From: an uncultured delta proteobacterium
Lineage (GTDB): Bacteria; Desulfobacterota; Desulfomonilia; UBA1062
Direction: 5' to 3'
DNA length: 64,000 nt
Assembly: GCA_963785235.1 (NCBI GenBank)
Contig: CAWAUM010000004.1
Location: forward strand, 1 to 64,000
Under the pieces are notes generated by a model. The model worked only from the letters and a program-made list of their open reading frames with translations, ran no database searches and was not told the origin of the DNA. A program made the translations under genes and the position numbers. The stretch's first letter is position 1. Every line of letters starts with the position of its first letter. Below are positions 1-10,604 of the stretch, in pieces.

Positions 1-1423
1 GCATGATCGTCAAGAATGAGGAAGAACGCCTGCCGCTGATCCTTGGGGATATACAGGGTCTGTGGGATGAACTGATCATTGTCGATACCGGATCGACAGA
101 CAACACCATTGAAATTGCTCAAAAATTCGGGGCTCGAGTTGTATCTCAGGCCTGGACCGGCGACTTCAGCGCTGCCCGTAACCGCTCCAAGGATGAAGCC
201 ACCGCCGCATGGATCATGTGGCTGGACGCCGATGACCGGATAGAGGCAGCGGATCTCAAACGTCTCCAATCCCTGAAACCCACCCTGCACTCGGACATCG
301 TGTACAATCTGCAGGTCGTCAACCGGATAGCAGACGGATTCTCTCCGCCCTTCATGCAGGCGCGCCTTTTTCCGAACGACCCACGCCTGCGCTTCGAAAG
401 CCGGGTTCATGAAAATATTTTGCTCAGTGCTAGAAAAAATGGTTTCAGGGGCGAGCACCTGCCGGTGAAAGTCATCCACACAGGATACGCAACTCCTGAA
501 CAAATCCTGACAAAGAGGAAACGCAATTTGACAATCCTGGAGCAAGAACTGGCGGACAACCCTGACGCGTTCATGCTGCGTTTTCTCTACGCCAATACCC
601 TCGTGAATTTCAAAGAGAGTCAAGGAGGCACAGGGCCATTATGAACGCATCATAACCACGCCCGATGCGCGTGATATCCAAGGGGACATATACCATGCCG
701 CCCTGATTGCCATGGCCGTTACGCATAATATATTGAAGAATTACCAGGAAGCCGAAAATTGGGCAAGGCGAGCGGCACAAGACCGACCCCAGGGCATGCA
801 GGGTTGGTATCAGTGGGGCAAGGCGCTTATGCATCTGAACCAGAACGAGGCGGCCCTGGAAAAACTGTTCCGTGCGCTTGCCTGCAGGGATTTGATATCC
901 ACCGTAATGGTGGATTACAGCGGTATGCGTATAGCTTGCCTGGAAGCGGCAACGGCCATTCTCGTATCGCTGAACCGGCACCAGGAGGCCGAGAACCTCC
1001 TGCTGGGACGCGCTCAAGAAAGAGGCCGCACCGCGAATATCAGCGCTTCTGGACAAGCTCCAGAACAAACCAGGCCCTTCCGAGGAAGAACTTTTGCATA
1101 AAGGGCAGGAACTGCTCGAGAGCAAGGCATATGTTGAAGCCAGCAGGATCTTTATCCAGGTCATTGAGTCAAACCCGCAAAGTTTTGCGGCATACAACGG
1201 GCTGGGCCTGATTTCCTGGTATTTCGGCAAATACGATGACGCCTATGTTCTTTTCAAAAAGGCGGTGGAGACGGGGCCGGTACATGAAGACATCCTGCTC
1301 AATCTCTGGGATGCGGCGCAAGCAACTGATAAAATAGAGGATGGCCGCGCAGTGCTGGAGGAAATCCTATCCCGGAATCCAGGTATGGAGATAATTAATG
1401 AGTTACTCGAAAAAAATACTTAA
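1..1423 (+). CDS. GT2 glycosyltransferase with TPR repeats (likely flagellin glycosylation); 5' partial, about 3 frameshifts
   Basis: CMIVKNEE, VDTGSTD, DFSAARN, WLDADD and VHE motifs in ORF 3..644. TPR-like segments in 712..1101 and 1094..1423 join with single-base shifts near 612, 1005 and 1043. Adjacent to flagellin. Confidence 0.8.
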
Positions 1424-1447
1424 GTGTTCCCCCAAAGCTGACGATAG
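1421..1447 (+). promoter_or_regulatory. sigma28 (FliA) promoter of flagellin
   Basis: TAAG-N15-GACGATAG versus consensus TAAA-N15-GCCGATAA, about 130 bp upstream of the flagellin ATG. Confidence 0.7.
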
Positions 1448-1576
1448 GTATGTAAGTGAGAAATAGTAAGGAGGTGAGAGAAGGTAAAGTAACACGGCTT
1501 GATCAGGACCGCTGATCTGATCACAAAAAAAACACGGCCAAGGATGGTCGAAAAAAAATCAAGGAGGATTACAATT

Positions 1577-2263
1577 ATGGCACTTCGTATTAACACCAAC
1601 GTAGCAGCACTCAATTCACACCGGCAGTTACTCAACACAGAAGTCCAGATGAACAAGAGCATGCAGAAACTCTCCAGCGGCTACCGCATCAACAACGCTG
1701 GCGACGATGCTTCAGGCTTGGTCCAGGCCAACGCGCTCCGCACCGAAGTCCGCGTACTCAAGGTTGAGGCCCAGAACACCCTTCAGCGAAAGGGCCAATT
1801 TGGCGATTCAAGAGGGCGATGTCAACACGATTGAAAACATTGTCGAAAGGATGGCGGAACTGGTCGCGAAGGATACGCAGTGCTGAAACTGAGGCTGAGT
1901 TCGATGCACTGGCAGATGCGATTAACGATATTGCGAGTGCAGGCTGGCAATGACAAGCAATAAGTGCAACCGATCTTGGCGTTGGTACTTATTAGTGCGA
2001 GCTGACACTGACGGTGCTCTCGCCGACCTTGGCGCGATACTGGGTGATATCGGTGCGCAGATGAACACCCTCGACTTCACCTATGCCAACCTCCAGACGA
2101 AGATCGAGAACACGTCCGCCTCGGAATCGGCCATCAGGGATGTCGACATGGCCTGCGGAGATGGTGAACTTCACCAAGAGCCAGATCATGCTCCAGGCCG
2201 GTACGGCCATGCTGGCCCAGGCCAACATGTCCTCACAGGGCGTACTCTCCCTGTTCCAGCTAA
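1577..2263 (+). CDS. fliC: flagellin, very short (~228 aa), multiple frameshifts
   Basis: [12 protein letters not shown]...[19 protein letters not shown]-terminus. ...[16 protein letters not shown] and [24 protein letters not shown]-terminus in different frames. AAGGAGG RBS. Confidence 0.85.
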
Positions 2264-2279
2264 TATCAGTCAGAAAGGT

Positions 2280-2304
2280 CATGGGGGAGGGCTCCTCCCC
2301 CATG
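2280..2304 (+). terminator. stem-loop after flagellin
   Basis: CATGGGGGAGG-gct-CCTCCCCCATG perfect 11-bp stem, weak U-tract. Confidence 0.55.
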
Positions 2305-2332
2305 TATCCATGACTGAAAGGCGGGTTTGGCC

Positions 2333-2728
2333 ATGAAAGTAACGAACAATATGCAAATTAGTGGAAATGCGCAGGCGCTTAGTCCGCCGCATACGGTTTC
2401 GCCGCATGCCACTGCCCAGGCCGACTCGAAAGCCGTAAAGACCGTAAGCCCCGAGCGAGGGCGTGCCCCGAACAAAGAAGCAGAGAAGGTTTCACAGAAG
2501 GACGTCGCAGAGCAGGTCCAACAGGGTGTTAAAGAAATGAATGCCCAGCTCAACCTCGCGAACCATTCCATCCGCTTCAGCATCGATGATAAATCCCAGG
2601 ATCTTGTCGTCAAGGTTGTGGATACCGATACCGATAAGATCATCAGGCAGATACCGGCTGAAGAAATCTTGCGGTTGCGCGAGCACATGAAGGAGCTATC
2701 AGGCATGATTGTGGAAGAGGAAGTATAG
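2333..2728 (+). CDS. flaG: flagellar protein FlaG
   Basis: IRFSIDDKSQDLVVKVVD..IIRQIPAEE motif, between fliC and fliD. Confidence 0.9.
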   Translation: MKVTNNMQISGNAQALSPPHTVSPHATAQADSKAVKTVSPERGRAPNKEAEKVSQKDVAEQVQQGVKEMNAQLNLANHSIRFSIDDKSQDLVVKVVDTDTDKIIRQIPAEEILRLREHMKELSGMIVEEEV

Positions 2729-2802
2729 CGAAATGGCACGTGGGGTCCCCGGTTTTTCATGGCCGGGGGCTATGCAACGTTTGAGAAGAGAAGGCGAAAG
2801 CT

Positions 2803-4732
2803 ATGGCGTTTAACATTACAGGACTTTCATCGCAACTTGACTGGGGCACGATGATCACCCAGCTCGTGGCACTTGAGCGCAAGCCCATCACAGCGCTGGA
2901 GACGAACAAGACCGCTCTGGGCGCGAAAAAAACCGCCTGGAGCGAAGTAAACACCAAGCTGCTGTCCCTGAAGACGGCTGCCACAGACCTATCCGCGCGT
3001 AATGATTTCAATGTCTTTAATGCTTCCGCCACGATAAGCAATTCAAGCAAGGCCGTAGGAGACCTGCTGAGCTTTGCCGCAGGCACGACTGCATCGGTAG
3101 GAACATATGATATCGTTATTAATAGGCGCGCTACGGCCGATAAAATTACCACCGACAGCTTCAGCTCGTCGAGCGATGGCCTGGATGTTACCGGCACACT
3201 CACCATCAATGGACAGGATATCACCATCGAATCGACGGACAGCCTTTCAAACGTCCAGAATAAGATCAATGATCTGAACTCCGGTACTGATGCAACCGGT
3301 GTAACGGCATCGATAATCAAGGTATACGATGCCACAACCGGCACTGATGGATACAGGCTGACCCTCACCGCGGATGAGACTGGTGAGGACGGTTTGACCG
3401 TTTCGGGAACTGCTCTCGCAGGGCTCGGGCTTGATGATGAAGCTAATGTAATCACGTCCGGGCAGGATGCATGGATAACCGTTGACGGTTTCGATGCCTA
3501 TAGGAGCTCAAATACCATATCCGATGTGATCAGCGGCGTGACCCTCAACTTGGTCGGTGCGGATACCGGCGCGACAGTGACGCTCAACATCAACCGGGAT
3601 TATGACGGCATCAAGGAGAAGATCAAGACCTTTGTCGATGCCTACAACGGTCTGATGACGTACATTACCGACCAGGGTACAGCATCCGATGACGGCAAGA
3701 CCACAAAGCCCCTGTTTGCCGACTCGTCGGTCCGGAGCGTGAAGACCACGCTCAGGAGTTTCATCCTGTCCGAAGTCAGCGGTCTGGATTCCACCCTGAA
3801 CCGCCTGAGCGCCATTGGGATCAGCATCGACAAGACCGGCCAGCTCTCCATTGATGAAGACACCCTGGACGGGTATCTGGAAACGAACTTTGCAGATGTC
3901 GTGAACCTCTTCGCGGCCCATGGGACAAGCTCCAGCAGCAATCTGTCCTTTGTCTACTCCGGGAATGCCACGGAATCAGGCGACTACAAGGTGGAGATCA
4001 CCCAGGTGGCCACCAAGGCCAGTGTCACGGGCAGCGGATTTTCTTGGACCCCGGGCAGTGATGCCACCCTGACCCTGACCAGTTCCAGCGGCACGGTGCA
4101 GAGCATCACGCTGAATGCGGAATCGGACATTGATGCCATTGTAGGCACCATCAACGAGGGCAACACTCTGGGTATCACCGCTGAGAACGACGGCGGCGTG
4201 CTCAAGCTGTCGAACAGCTCCTATGGGAGTGCCGGATCATTTACCGTATCGGGGACCGCTGCGGTATCTCTCGGCCTTGATAATGCTAGCGCTACCGGCC
4301 AGGATGTGGCAGGCCGGATAAGTAATGATGATGGGCTTTCCTGGATGACCATGACCGGAAAGGGCCAGACCCTGACCGGCGATGATGATCAGGATGTGGA
4401 TGGCCTGGTAATCAAGTATACCGGTACCACTACCACTACCGACCCCATCGACTTTTCGTTCAACAAGGGCGTGGCTGATAAGCTTGACAATGCTCTTTAT
4501 TCCATGACGGACACCTACGGTGGCTATGTGGCGACCAAGCAGAAAATCGCTGCAGAGCCAGATGGACAAAATCGACAAGAAGATCGCCAATATGGAAGTA
4601 AGGCTGACCAGGTACCAGGAGACTCTGACGGCCAAATATTCGGCCATGGAGGCAATGCTGAGCACCCTGCAGTCGCAGCAGTCATGGCTTACAAGCACGA
4701 TCAATTCACTGCCCAGCAGCAGTAACAGCTAG
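2803..4732 (+). CDS. fliD: flagellar filament cap protein FliD (frameshift near 4545)
   Basis: GLSSQLDW N-terminus, SSNTISDVISGVTLNL, and C-terminal KYSAMEAMLSTLQSQ in ORF 4520..4732. Confidence 0.9.
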
Positions 4733-4756
4733 ACCGAACCTATGCAACCCTGGCGC

Positions 4757-5218
4757 TCATTCTGCCGGGCATATCGGATAAGCAGTGTCCCTGATCTTCA
4801 GGACAATGATGCCGTTTTCGTCTTCTTCCATCATGAGTGCGAGGTTGTAGTATGCTCTTCTGGAGAATCTTACCTTCATGCCGCCTGGAAGCGTAACATA
4901 GAGGATGTTGTCCTCGCCGATACAGAGCTGGGTAGGGTCCAGAGGAAAGGTCTCCAGGGTATTGAGTCGTACATAGAGGCCTATGGTTGGATCACCCCTG
5001 ATGGACGAGATCACGAAAGGCGTGTCCTCCACATCGATATAACAGAGTTCGTCGCCTATCACGATCCGGTGCCTGCCTTGATCATCGGTCTCAAGGGCAT
5101 TGCAGAAGGCGCGTAGAACCAGGGGGTTGATGATCTCACAGCCATCATAGAACCACGTGCCTTCCTTATCGATTCTGATCCTGCATCCTCCGGTTACATC
5201 CCGCAGTTGACGATCCAT
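4757..5218 (-). CDS. DUF1285-like protein
   Basis: IRIDKEGTWFYDG..I, YIDVEDTPF and FSRRAYY motifs. Confidence 0.7.
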   Translation of the reverse strand: MDRQLRDVTGGCRIRIDKEGTWFYDGCEIINPLVLRAFCNALETDDQGRHRIVIGDELCYIDVEDTPFVISSIRGDPTIGLYVRLNTLETFPLDPTQLCIGEDNILYVTLPGGMKVRFSRRAYYNLALMMEEDENGIIVLKIRDTAYPICPAE

Positions 5219-5381
5219 GAATGCTCCTTACGAAATGATGTGAACGTGAGTTAAATATCATAGCATGCTTGAAAGAGAAATACCCCTTGTTCATCTCATC
5301 TATATGTCGATTAAGTGCTTGACTAGAAAAAGGCTGCAAGGCAAAGTGACATACAAGCTAATCACTTCAAAGGGTTAAGGT

Positions 5382-5972
5382 ATGAGGAAGAATGCCAAGC
5401 AAGGGATAATCATTGATGCAGCCCTGAATGTCTTCCGGGAAAAGGGTTATGCCAATGCCCGGATGGCGGACATAGCACGCAGGGCAGGGGTTTCCTATGG
5501 GCTTGTATATCATTATTTCGGGAGCAAGGAAGTCCTGTTCGAGATGATCGTAGAATCCTGGTGGAGCGCACTTTATGCAATGATGGACAACGAAATCGCC
5601 TCAGGAGATGAAATCAGGGACAAGCTTGTTAACATTATAGAATTTTTTCTCAGCACCTATGGTCAAAAACCCAATCTTATGTCCATCTTTGTCAGCGAGG
5701 TCTGCAGGAGTTCGGTGTATCATACCGAAGAGGGCCTTTCGAAGTTTCTGAAGTTCTTCAGTCTGTGCGAACAGATCATGGTCCAGGGACAGGAGAGCGG
5801 ATTTCTCCTCAAGGATGTCCCGCCGCACCATCTGACCTATATCTTCTATGGAGCCATTGAGACCTTCATCTCTGTCATGGTGCTCGGCAAGGAACCTCTT
5901 ACAAAGAAACGCCACGAGCGGGCAACAAGTTCCATCCTGCAGGTTTTTATTGACGGGGCAAGGGCGCGGTGA
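5382..5972 (+). CDS. TetR/AcrR family regulator
   Basis: IIDAALNVFREKGY..ARMADIARRAGVSYGLVYHYF HTH. Confidence 0.9.
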   Translation: MRKNAKQGIIIDAALNVFREKGYANARMADIARRAGVSYGLVYHYFGSKEVLFEMIVESWWSALYAMMDNEIASGDEIRDKLVNIIEFFLSTYGQKPNLMSIFVSEVCRSSVYHTEEGLSKFLKFFSLCEQIMVQGQESGFLLKDVPPHHLTYIFYGAIETFISVMVLGKEPLTKKRHERATSSILQVFIDGARAR

Positions 5973-6051
5973 GGTTTATCGGTTTGAATCCCGGCCCTAT
6001 CGCCATTACACAGGCATCTCATGTAACTCCTCTCAGGTAAGGAATTAAAGG

Positions 6052-6921
6052 ATGCCGGACATGAAAAACAAGGTCATCATCTGCGCAGCGCTGGCCGGCG
6101 CATTCACTATGAAGCACCAGAACCCGGCTGTTCCCTATACACCGAAAGAATTCGCTCATGAGGCGGCAAAGTGCTATGCAGCCGGTGCTGCCATGGTTCA
6201 TCTTCATGCCCGGGACGATGCAGGCATGGCCACCCATGAGATCGACCGTATCAGGGCTACACACGATGCCATCAAGCAGAAGACCCCGGAACTTATTGTG
6301 AACTTGAGCTCTGCTGTCGGGGTCGGCAGGAAGCCTGAAGACAGGATAGCCCAGATACTTGCGGTCAGGCCGGCCATGGCATCGCTGAATACCAACACCA
6401 TGAACTTCAGCATCATTGATAGGAACACCGGTGAGATCGTTGTTGATGCTGTCTTTGAGAATACCTTTACCATGCTTCGTGACTTCGGCAAGGCAATGGA
6501 AGAGTTCAACATCAAGCCCGAGATTGAATGCTATGACATGGGTGGCATCGATAATACCCTTATGATAGCAAAGCAGGGTTTTTTCTCAGAGCCCATGAAC
6601 TTCAATTTCGTGTGGGGTGTGGCCGGGGGCCAGCGTTTCAGGCCCGAGACGTTTATTGCCATGGTCAACGCATTGCCGCAGAGATCCAATTTTACCACCT
6701 GCGGTGTTGGCCTGGACCAGTTTCCTGCCATAACCATGAGCTGTCTCATGGGCGGCCACATGAGGGTTGGGCTTGAAGACAACATAAGGATGCCCAATGG
6801 AGAACTTGCAAAAGGCAATTATGAGCAAGTCCTCCAGGCTGTTAAGATAGCATCGGCACTCAGCAGGGAGCCGGCATCGCCTGATGAGGCGAGACAGATT
6901 ATGGGTATTCGACAGAAATGA
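6052..6921 (+). CDS. beta-keto acid cleavage enzyme (BKACE/DUF849, Kce-like)
   Basis: NPAVPYTP, MVHLHARD, KPEIECYD and GGHMRVGLEDN motifs. Confidence 0.9.
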   Translation: MPDMKNKVIICAALAGAFTMKHQNPAVPYTPKEFAHEAAKCYAAGAAMVHLHARDDAGMATHEIDRIRATHDAIKQKTPELIVNLSSAVGVGRKPEDRIAQILAVRPAMASLNTNTMNFSIIDRNTGEIVVDAVFENTFTMLRDFGKAMEEFNIKPEIECYDMGGIDNTLMIAKQGFFSEPMNFNFVWGVAGGQRFRPETFIAMVNALPQRSNFTTCGVGLDQFPAITMSCLMGGHMRVGLEDNIRMPNGELAKGNYEQVLQAVKIASALSREPASPDEARQIMGIRQK

Positions 6922-6979
6922 AACTGCAGCCGGTTAAGATAATAAGATAAGTTTAAATATCGATCAATTGAGGTTTTTT

Positions 6980-8250
6980 ATGCGAAAAGGTGCCGGATTG
7001 ATAATCGCAGCCATGATGTGTTTTCTTTTTGTGCCCTTGTACTTACATGCGGATGTGAAATACACCGTTCAAAGTGGCGATACGCTGGCAAAGATTGCTT
7101 CGCACTATTTTCCCCTGGCCGAATCGTATACCAGGAGTGAATTTATCGAACAGATCAAGAAGCTCAACAACTTGGGTGCCAAAGGTATTTCACAAGGCCT
7201 GGTTCTCACGGTTCCTGTTGTCCGGATAGAACCGCTTAAGCCGGTCAGCGTGAAAAGGGCAAAAGGCTTTGAGGCCAAGGGTGTTTATATAAACCAGTGG
7301 ACTGCGGGCACCCGCCAGGTCCTGGACATAGCAGAGAGAATCAAGAAAATCGGGGGCAACACCTTGGTGTTTGATGCCAAGGAGGTTCAGGGCCTGCCTA
7401 CCTACAAAAGCTCGGTACCGCAGCAATACTTAAACCTGAGCTCCTATCCAAAATCCATTGATGATGTCCCGCGTCTGGTAGACTATCTCCACAAGCGCGG
7501 CATCCATGTAGTAGCCCGCGTTTGCATCTTCCGGGATATCCATAACTCCTCCTCCAATGCCCAGTGGAGGTTTTACAAGGAGTGGGTAAATCCAGCCAAC
7601 AAGGCTGTGCAGGACTATAACCTCGCTATTATCCGCGAGCTCATGGGATTTGGCGTGGATGAGATCCAGGTCGATTATTTCAGATATCCCACTGACGGCA
7701 AGGCCGATACTGGCATTGCTGGTAAGGTAAGAAGCGATGTGCTTGCAGAGTATGCACGCCGAATTCGTGAGCTGACCTCATCGAAAGGCGTACTTCTGTC
7801 TCTGGATATGTTCGGCATCGTGATCTGGCAGAAGGATGAGGATATAAAGACCCTTGGCCAGGACGTGATGAAGCTCAAAAATCATTTTGATATCATCTCA
7901 CCGATGCTGTATCCATCACATTTCCCCAAGGGCTTTTCCAATGAGAAAAACCCGGCGGACAAACCTTACTACTTTATCAACAGGGGCATCACCAGGATGA
8001 AGGCCCTGGTGGGAGAAGAGGTAACCATCGGCCGTGGCTCCAGTCGTTCCCGTTACGTATCACAACCGGATACAACCCGGCCTATGTGAAAGCCCAGATC
8101 AAGGGGGCGCAGGATGCAGGGGCTGTCGGCTGGCTGCTGTGGAGCCCCGGCAATCACTATGAAGAGGGCTACCGGGCCATGGCAGATATGGCCGGGAAGG
8201 AACAGGCCTGCATTGTGAATAAGACCCCGGCAAAGTTGGAGAAAAATTGA
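6980..8250 (+). CDS. secreted LysM + putative glycoside hydrolase (DUF4015-like); frameshift near 8030
   Basis: Signal peptide, YTVQSGDTLAKIA LysM, DEIQVDYFRYP and ISPMLYPSHF. Shifted frame continues RPWLQSF...WLLWSPGN to TGA at 8250. Confidence 0.75.
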
Positions 8251-8297
8251 ACCGTACAAATCGATGAGTTCCTGTGGTACTCATCGATTTGAACGGT
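8251..8297. terminator. long hairpin between convergent genes
   Basis: ACCGT-a-CAAATCGATGAGT...ACTCATCGATTTG-a-ACGGT immediately after the stop. Confidence 0.55.
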
Positions 8298-8318
8298 CTA
8301 TAAAAAGACTATCTGTAT

Positions 8319-8431
8319 GAGTCGATCGCAAAAGTCCAAGATTTTCATTCCTTTGGAAGCAGGAGTCCTGTTATATCAAGAGCTGCTGTTTTGATGAGAT
8401 TATACCTGTTCTTGAGTTCTGCAATTGCCTC
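8319..8431. mobile_element. degenerate copy of ~120-bp MITE
   Basis: GAGTCGATCGCAAAAGTCCAAGATT...TTCTGCAATTGCCTC ends match the family, with a decayed internal REP. Confidence 0.6.
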
Positions 8432-9105
8432 TATAACGTGTCTTTTGTTGCCAGTCGCCCCTGTAATCCTGGTGCCATGATCTGTTCGAGCTGCTGCCTC
8501 TGGGCTTCGAATTCCACCGGATCAGTGGTTGGATGGAATTTTATCATGGTGCCGTAGGAGAGGTTGACCCGGGCGAATGGTTTCGGGAGAAGGAAATTGT
8601 CCCAGCTGTTGAAGTACCAGGGCCTGTCTGCCGAGGTATAAAAAGGTACAATGACTGCATCGGCGGCATGGGCAAGGCGGATTATCCCTGCCTTGATTAT
8701 TCCGGCTGGTCCGCGCGGCCCGTCCACAATATGTGCTGCGAGGTGTGATTCCCTAAAGCGATCGATCATCCCCCTCAAGGCCTCGGCCCCACCACGCGAC
8801 GAAGAGCCGAGGACCGGGTTCCATCCTGTCCGTCTTGCCACCCCAGCGATGATGGTTCCGTCCATGCTCTTGCTGATCATCAGCGGTGGATGGTATTCCT
8901 CGTAGGTTTTGAAATGATGTATGGCAGCAAAAAATTGCTGGTGCCAGACGCACAGAAGCACATTGCCGCCCTGTTTGAGATAATCCATCCATTCTTTCTC
9001 ATTGGTGATGGTATAACGCAAGGTTGAGCTGTAAATTCGGATAAAACGATAAAGGAAAGAAAGAAATACCTCTGAAGTAAGTATAGTCTTGGTATTGATC
9101 GACAT
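8431..9105 (-). CDS. DUF374 / lysophospholipid acyltransferase family protein
   Basis: WHQQ, ISKSMDG, GSSSRGG, VDGPRGP and SWDNFLLPKPF motifs. Confidence 0.85.
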   Translation of the reverse strand: MSINTKTILTSEVFLSFLYRFIRIYSSTLRYTITNEKEWMDYLKQGGNVLLCVWHQQFFAAIHHFKTYEEYHPPLMISKSMDGTIIAGVARRTGWNPVLGSSSRGGAEALRGMIDRFRESHLAAHIVDGPRGPAGIIKAGIIRLAHAADAVIVPFYTSADRPWYFNSWDNFLLPKPFARVNLSYGTMIKFHPTTDPVEFEAQRQQLEQIMAPGLQGRLATKDTL

Positions 9106-9252
9106 GAGCCTTTTCTAGTTCTCCTTTCTATCGATTTGATGGAATGTGAAAAGAGGGATTTTAATAAGGTAGTTTACGGGCAATGGTTGTTATGTGTCAA
9201 CCAGAGATACCCACAAAAATATAACAGACAAATCTTTCACACTCCTGAATCA

Positions 9253-10359
9253 TTAAGTACCGTGAGCCTGGGTTTTCTTGCCGTGTAGATAACCCATTCT
9301 TTGAAGAAAGGCATACCATGTCCGTCCCCTGAGGCTGTTGTTGAAGATCAGCCAGTGGCCTCCCCTGAGGAATTGGTGCTCCGGCCAGTCCCACTTTTCA
9401 CACAGGAGCCGGACGAATTTAAAGGGACAGAGCCGGTCTCCTTGTGAAGCTATGATAAGGATATGGTCTTTGGCTATCTTAGGAAGAAAATTGAGCGGGG
9501 AGTGGAACTCATAAATCTTTTGTGCCTTTGTAAGGAATCCAGCATCCACAGGGAAAGGGAGCTTGGCAATATCAGGGCCCAAGGTGCCTGATAGATTCAC
9601 AACCGGCACCATCATGGCGGCAAAGTCGACTATGGGCTGCAGGCATATAAACAGGCCTGCAAGGTAACCTCCGAGGCTCGCACCTATGAGGCCGATGCTA
9701 TCAGCACCCAGAATCCGGAGTACCTTGCAGGTCGAATAGAGGTCGTACATCGTCTGCCCCACGCACTCACACGTCATGGCCACGTTGTCGGGCTGCAGAT
9801 AGATCCCTCGTTGGGCCTTGGATACAGGGGCCCTTTTCCAATGGAAAGGGGTTATGAAAAGGGCTACATCCAGGCCCAGTTCGAACATCTTCTGTATCCT
9901 GAACATCCGTTCGGCCTGCCTCGGATTGCCCAACATGTACCCATGAAGGCACAGAACCGTCTTGGCGTCATCCCTGCCGTGTGTCCACCTGACTATATAC
10001 CCCGTTCTGTTATTGCGATAAGAAAGGTAGCTTTCTCGAAGCATGGGATTTTGAGGTTCATAGCTGCTTGAAAACGAAATCAATTGATACTCGCCATCAA
10101 GATATGGTTTTTTCGAAAGGATTTCATAAGTCGGGATCTCGTTGGGAAAGGTAAAGAAATTTTCCGGGTTTTCGGTAAATCCCTTCTGAATATAGAAATC
10201 GATATGCGATTCATATTCCGATCTCGAGATATTCCTTGGCTGCTTGAGATGTCTTAAGATCCTGGGTACAAGGAGAAAGAGATTGTCGACGATTCCGCCG
10301 AAAAATTCCTGCACGCCTCTCTCCCCATGAAGGAGATTTTGTGCTTCTTGTTTACCCAT
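9253..10359 (-). CDS. alpha/beta hydrolase
   Basis: LHG oxyanion motif, GASLGG nucleophile elbow, GDRL and GGH. Confidence 0.8.
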   Translation of the reverse strand: MGKQEAQNLLHGERGVQEFFGGIVDNLFLLVPRILRHLKQPRNISRSEYESHIDFYIQKGFTENPENFFTFPNEIPTYEILSKKPYLDGEYQLISFSSSYEPQNPMLRESYLSYRNNRTGYIVRWTHGRDDAKTVLCLHGYMLGNPRQAERMFRIQKMFELGLDVALFITPFHWKRAPVSKAQRGIYLQPDNVAMTCECVGQTMYDLYSTCKVLRILGADSIGLIGASLGGYLAGLFICLQPIVDFAAMMVPVVNLSGTLGPDIAKLPFPVDAGFLTKAQKIYEFHSPLNFLPKIAKDHILIIASQGDRLCPFKFVRLLCEKWDWPEHQFLRGGHWLIFNNSLRGRTWYAFLQRMGYLHGKKTQAHGT

Positions 10360-10420
10360 CAAAACCCCCCTTGTTCAGCAGCTCATGATAGAATCGGGTG
10401 AGAGAATTAGCACTGCATCA

Positions 10421-10541
10421 GAGGCAATTGCAAAACTTAAAAAAGGTGTCACCCCCGTGAAAGCGGGTGTGCAGAAGTTTTTGAAAAGACTGGATTCCCG
10501 CTTCCGCGGGAATGACGGTTTTAGACCTTTGCAATTGGCTC
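10421..10541. mobile_element. ~120-bp MITE carrying a REP-like doublet
   Basis: GAGGCAATTGCAAA...TTTGCAATTGGCTC inverted ends, internal CTGGATTCCCGCTTCCGCGGGAATGAC, flanks ATCA/ACCA. Confidence 0.8.
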
Positions 10542-10604
10542 ACCAGCAATAAGAACAAGTGAAATGACGACTCGCCCTTCATGTGCAAAAAAATGGTTGA
10601 GCCG

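Noticed and set aside
2734-2775. TGGCAC upstream of fliD as a sigma54 promoter
   Set aside because: No TTGC at the required spacing.
10421-10541. Palindromic repeats as a CRISPR array
   Set aside because: Copies are dispersed with no repeat-spacer periodicity, and there are no cas genes.
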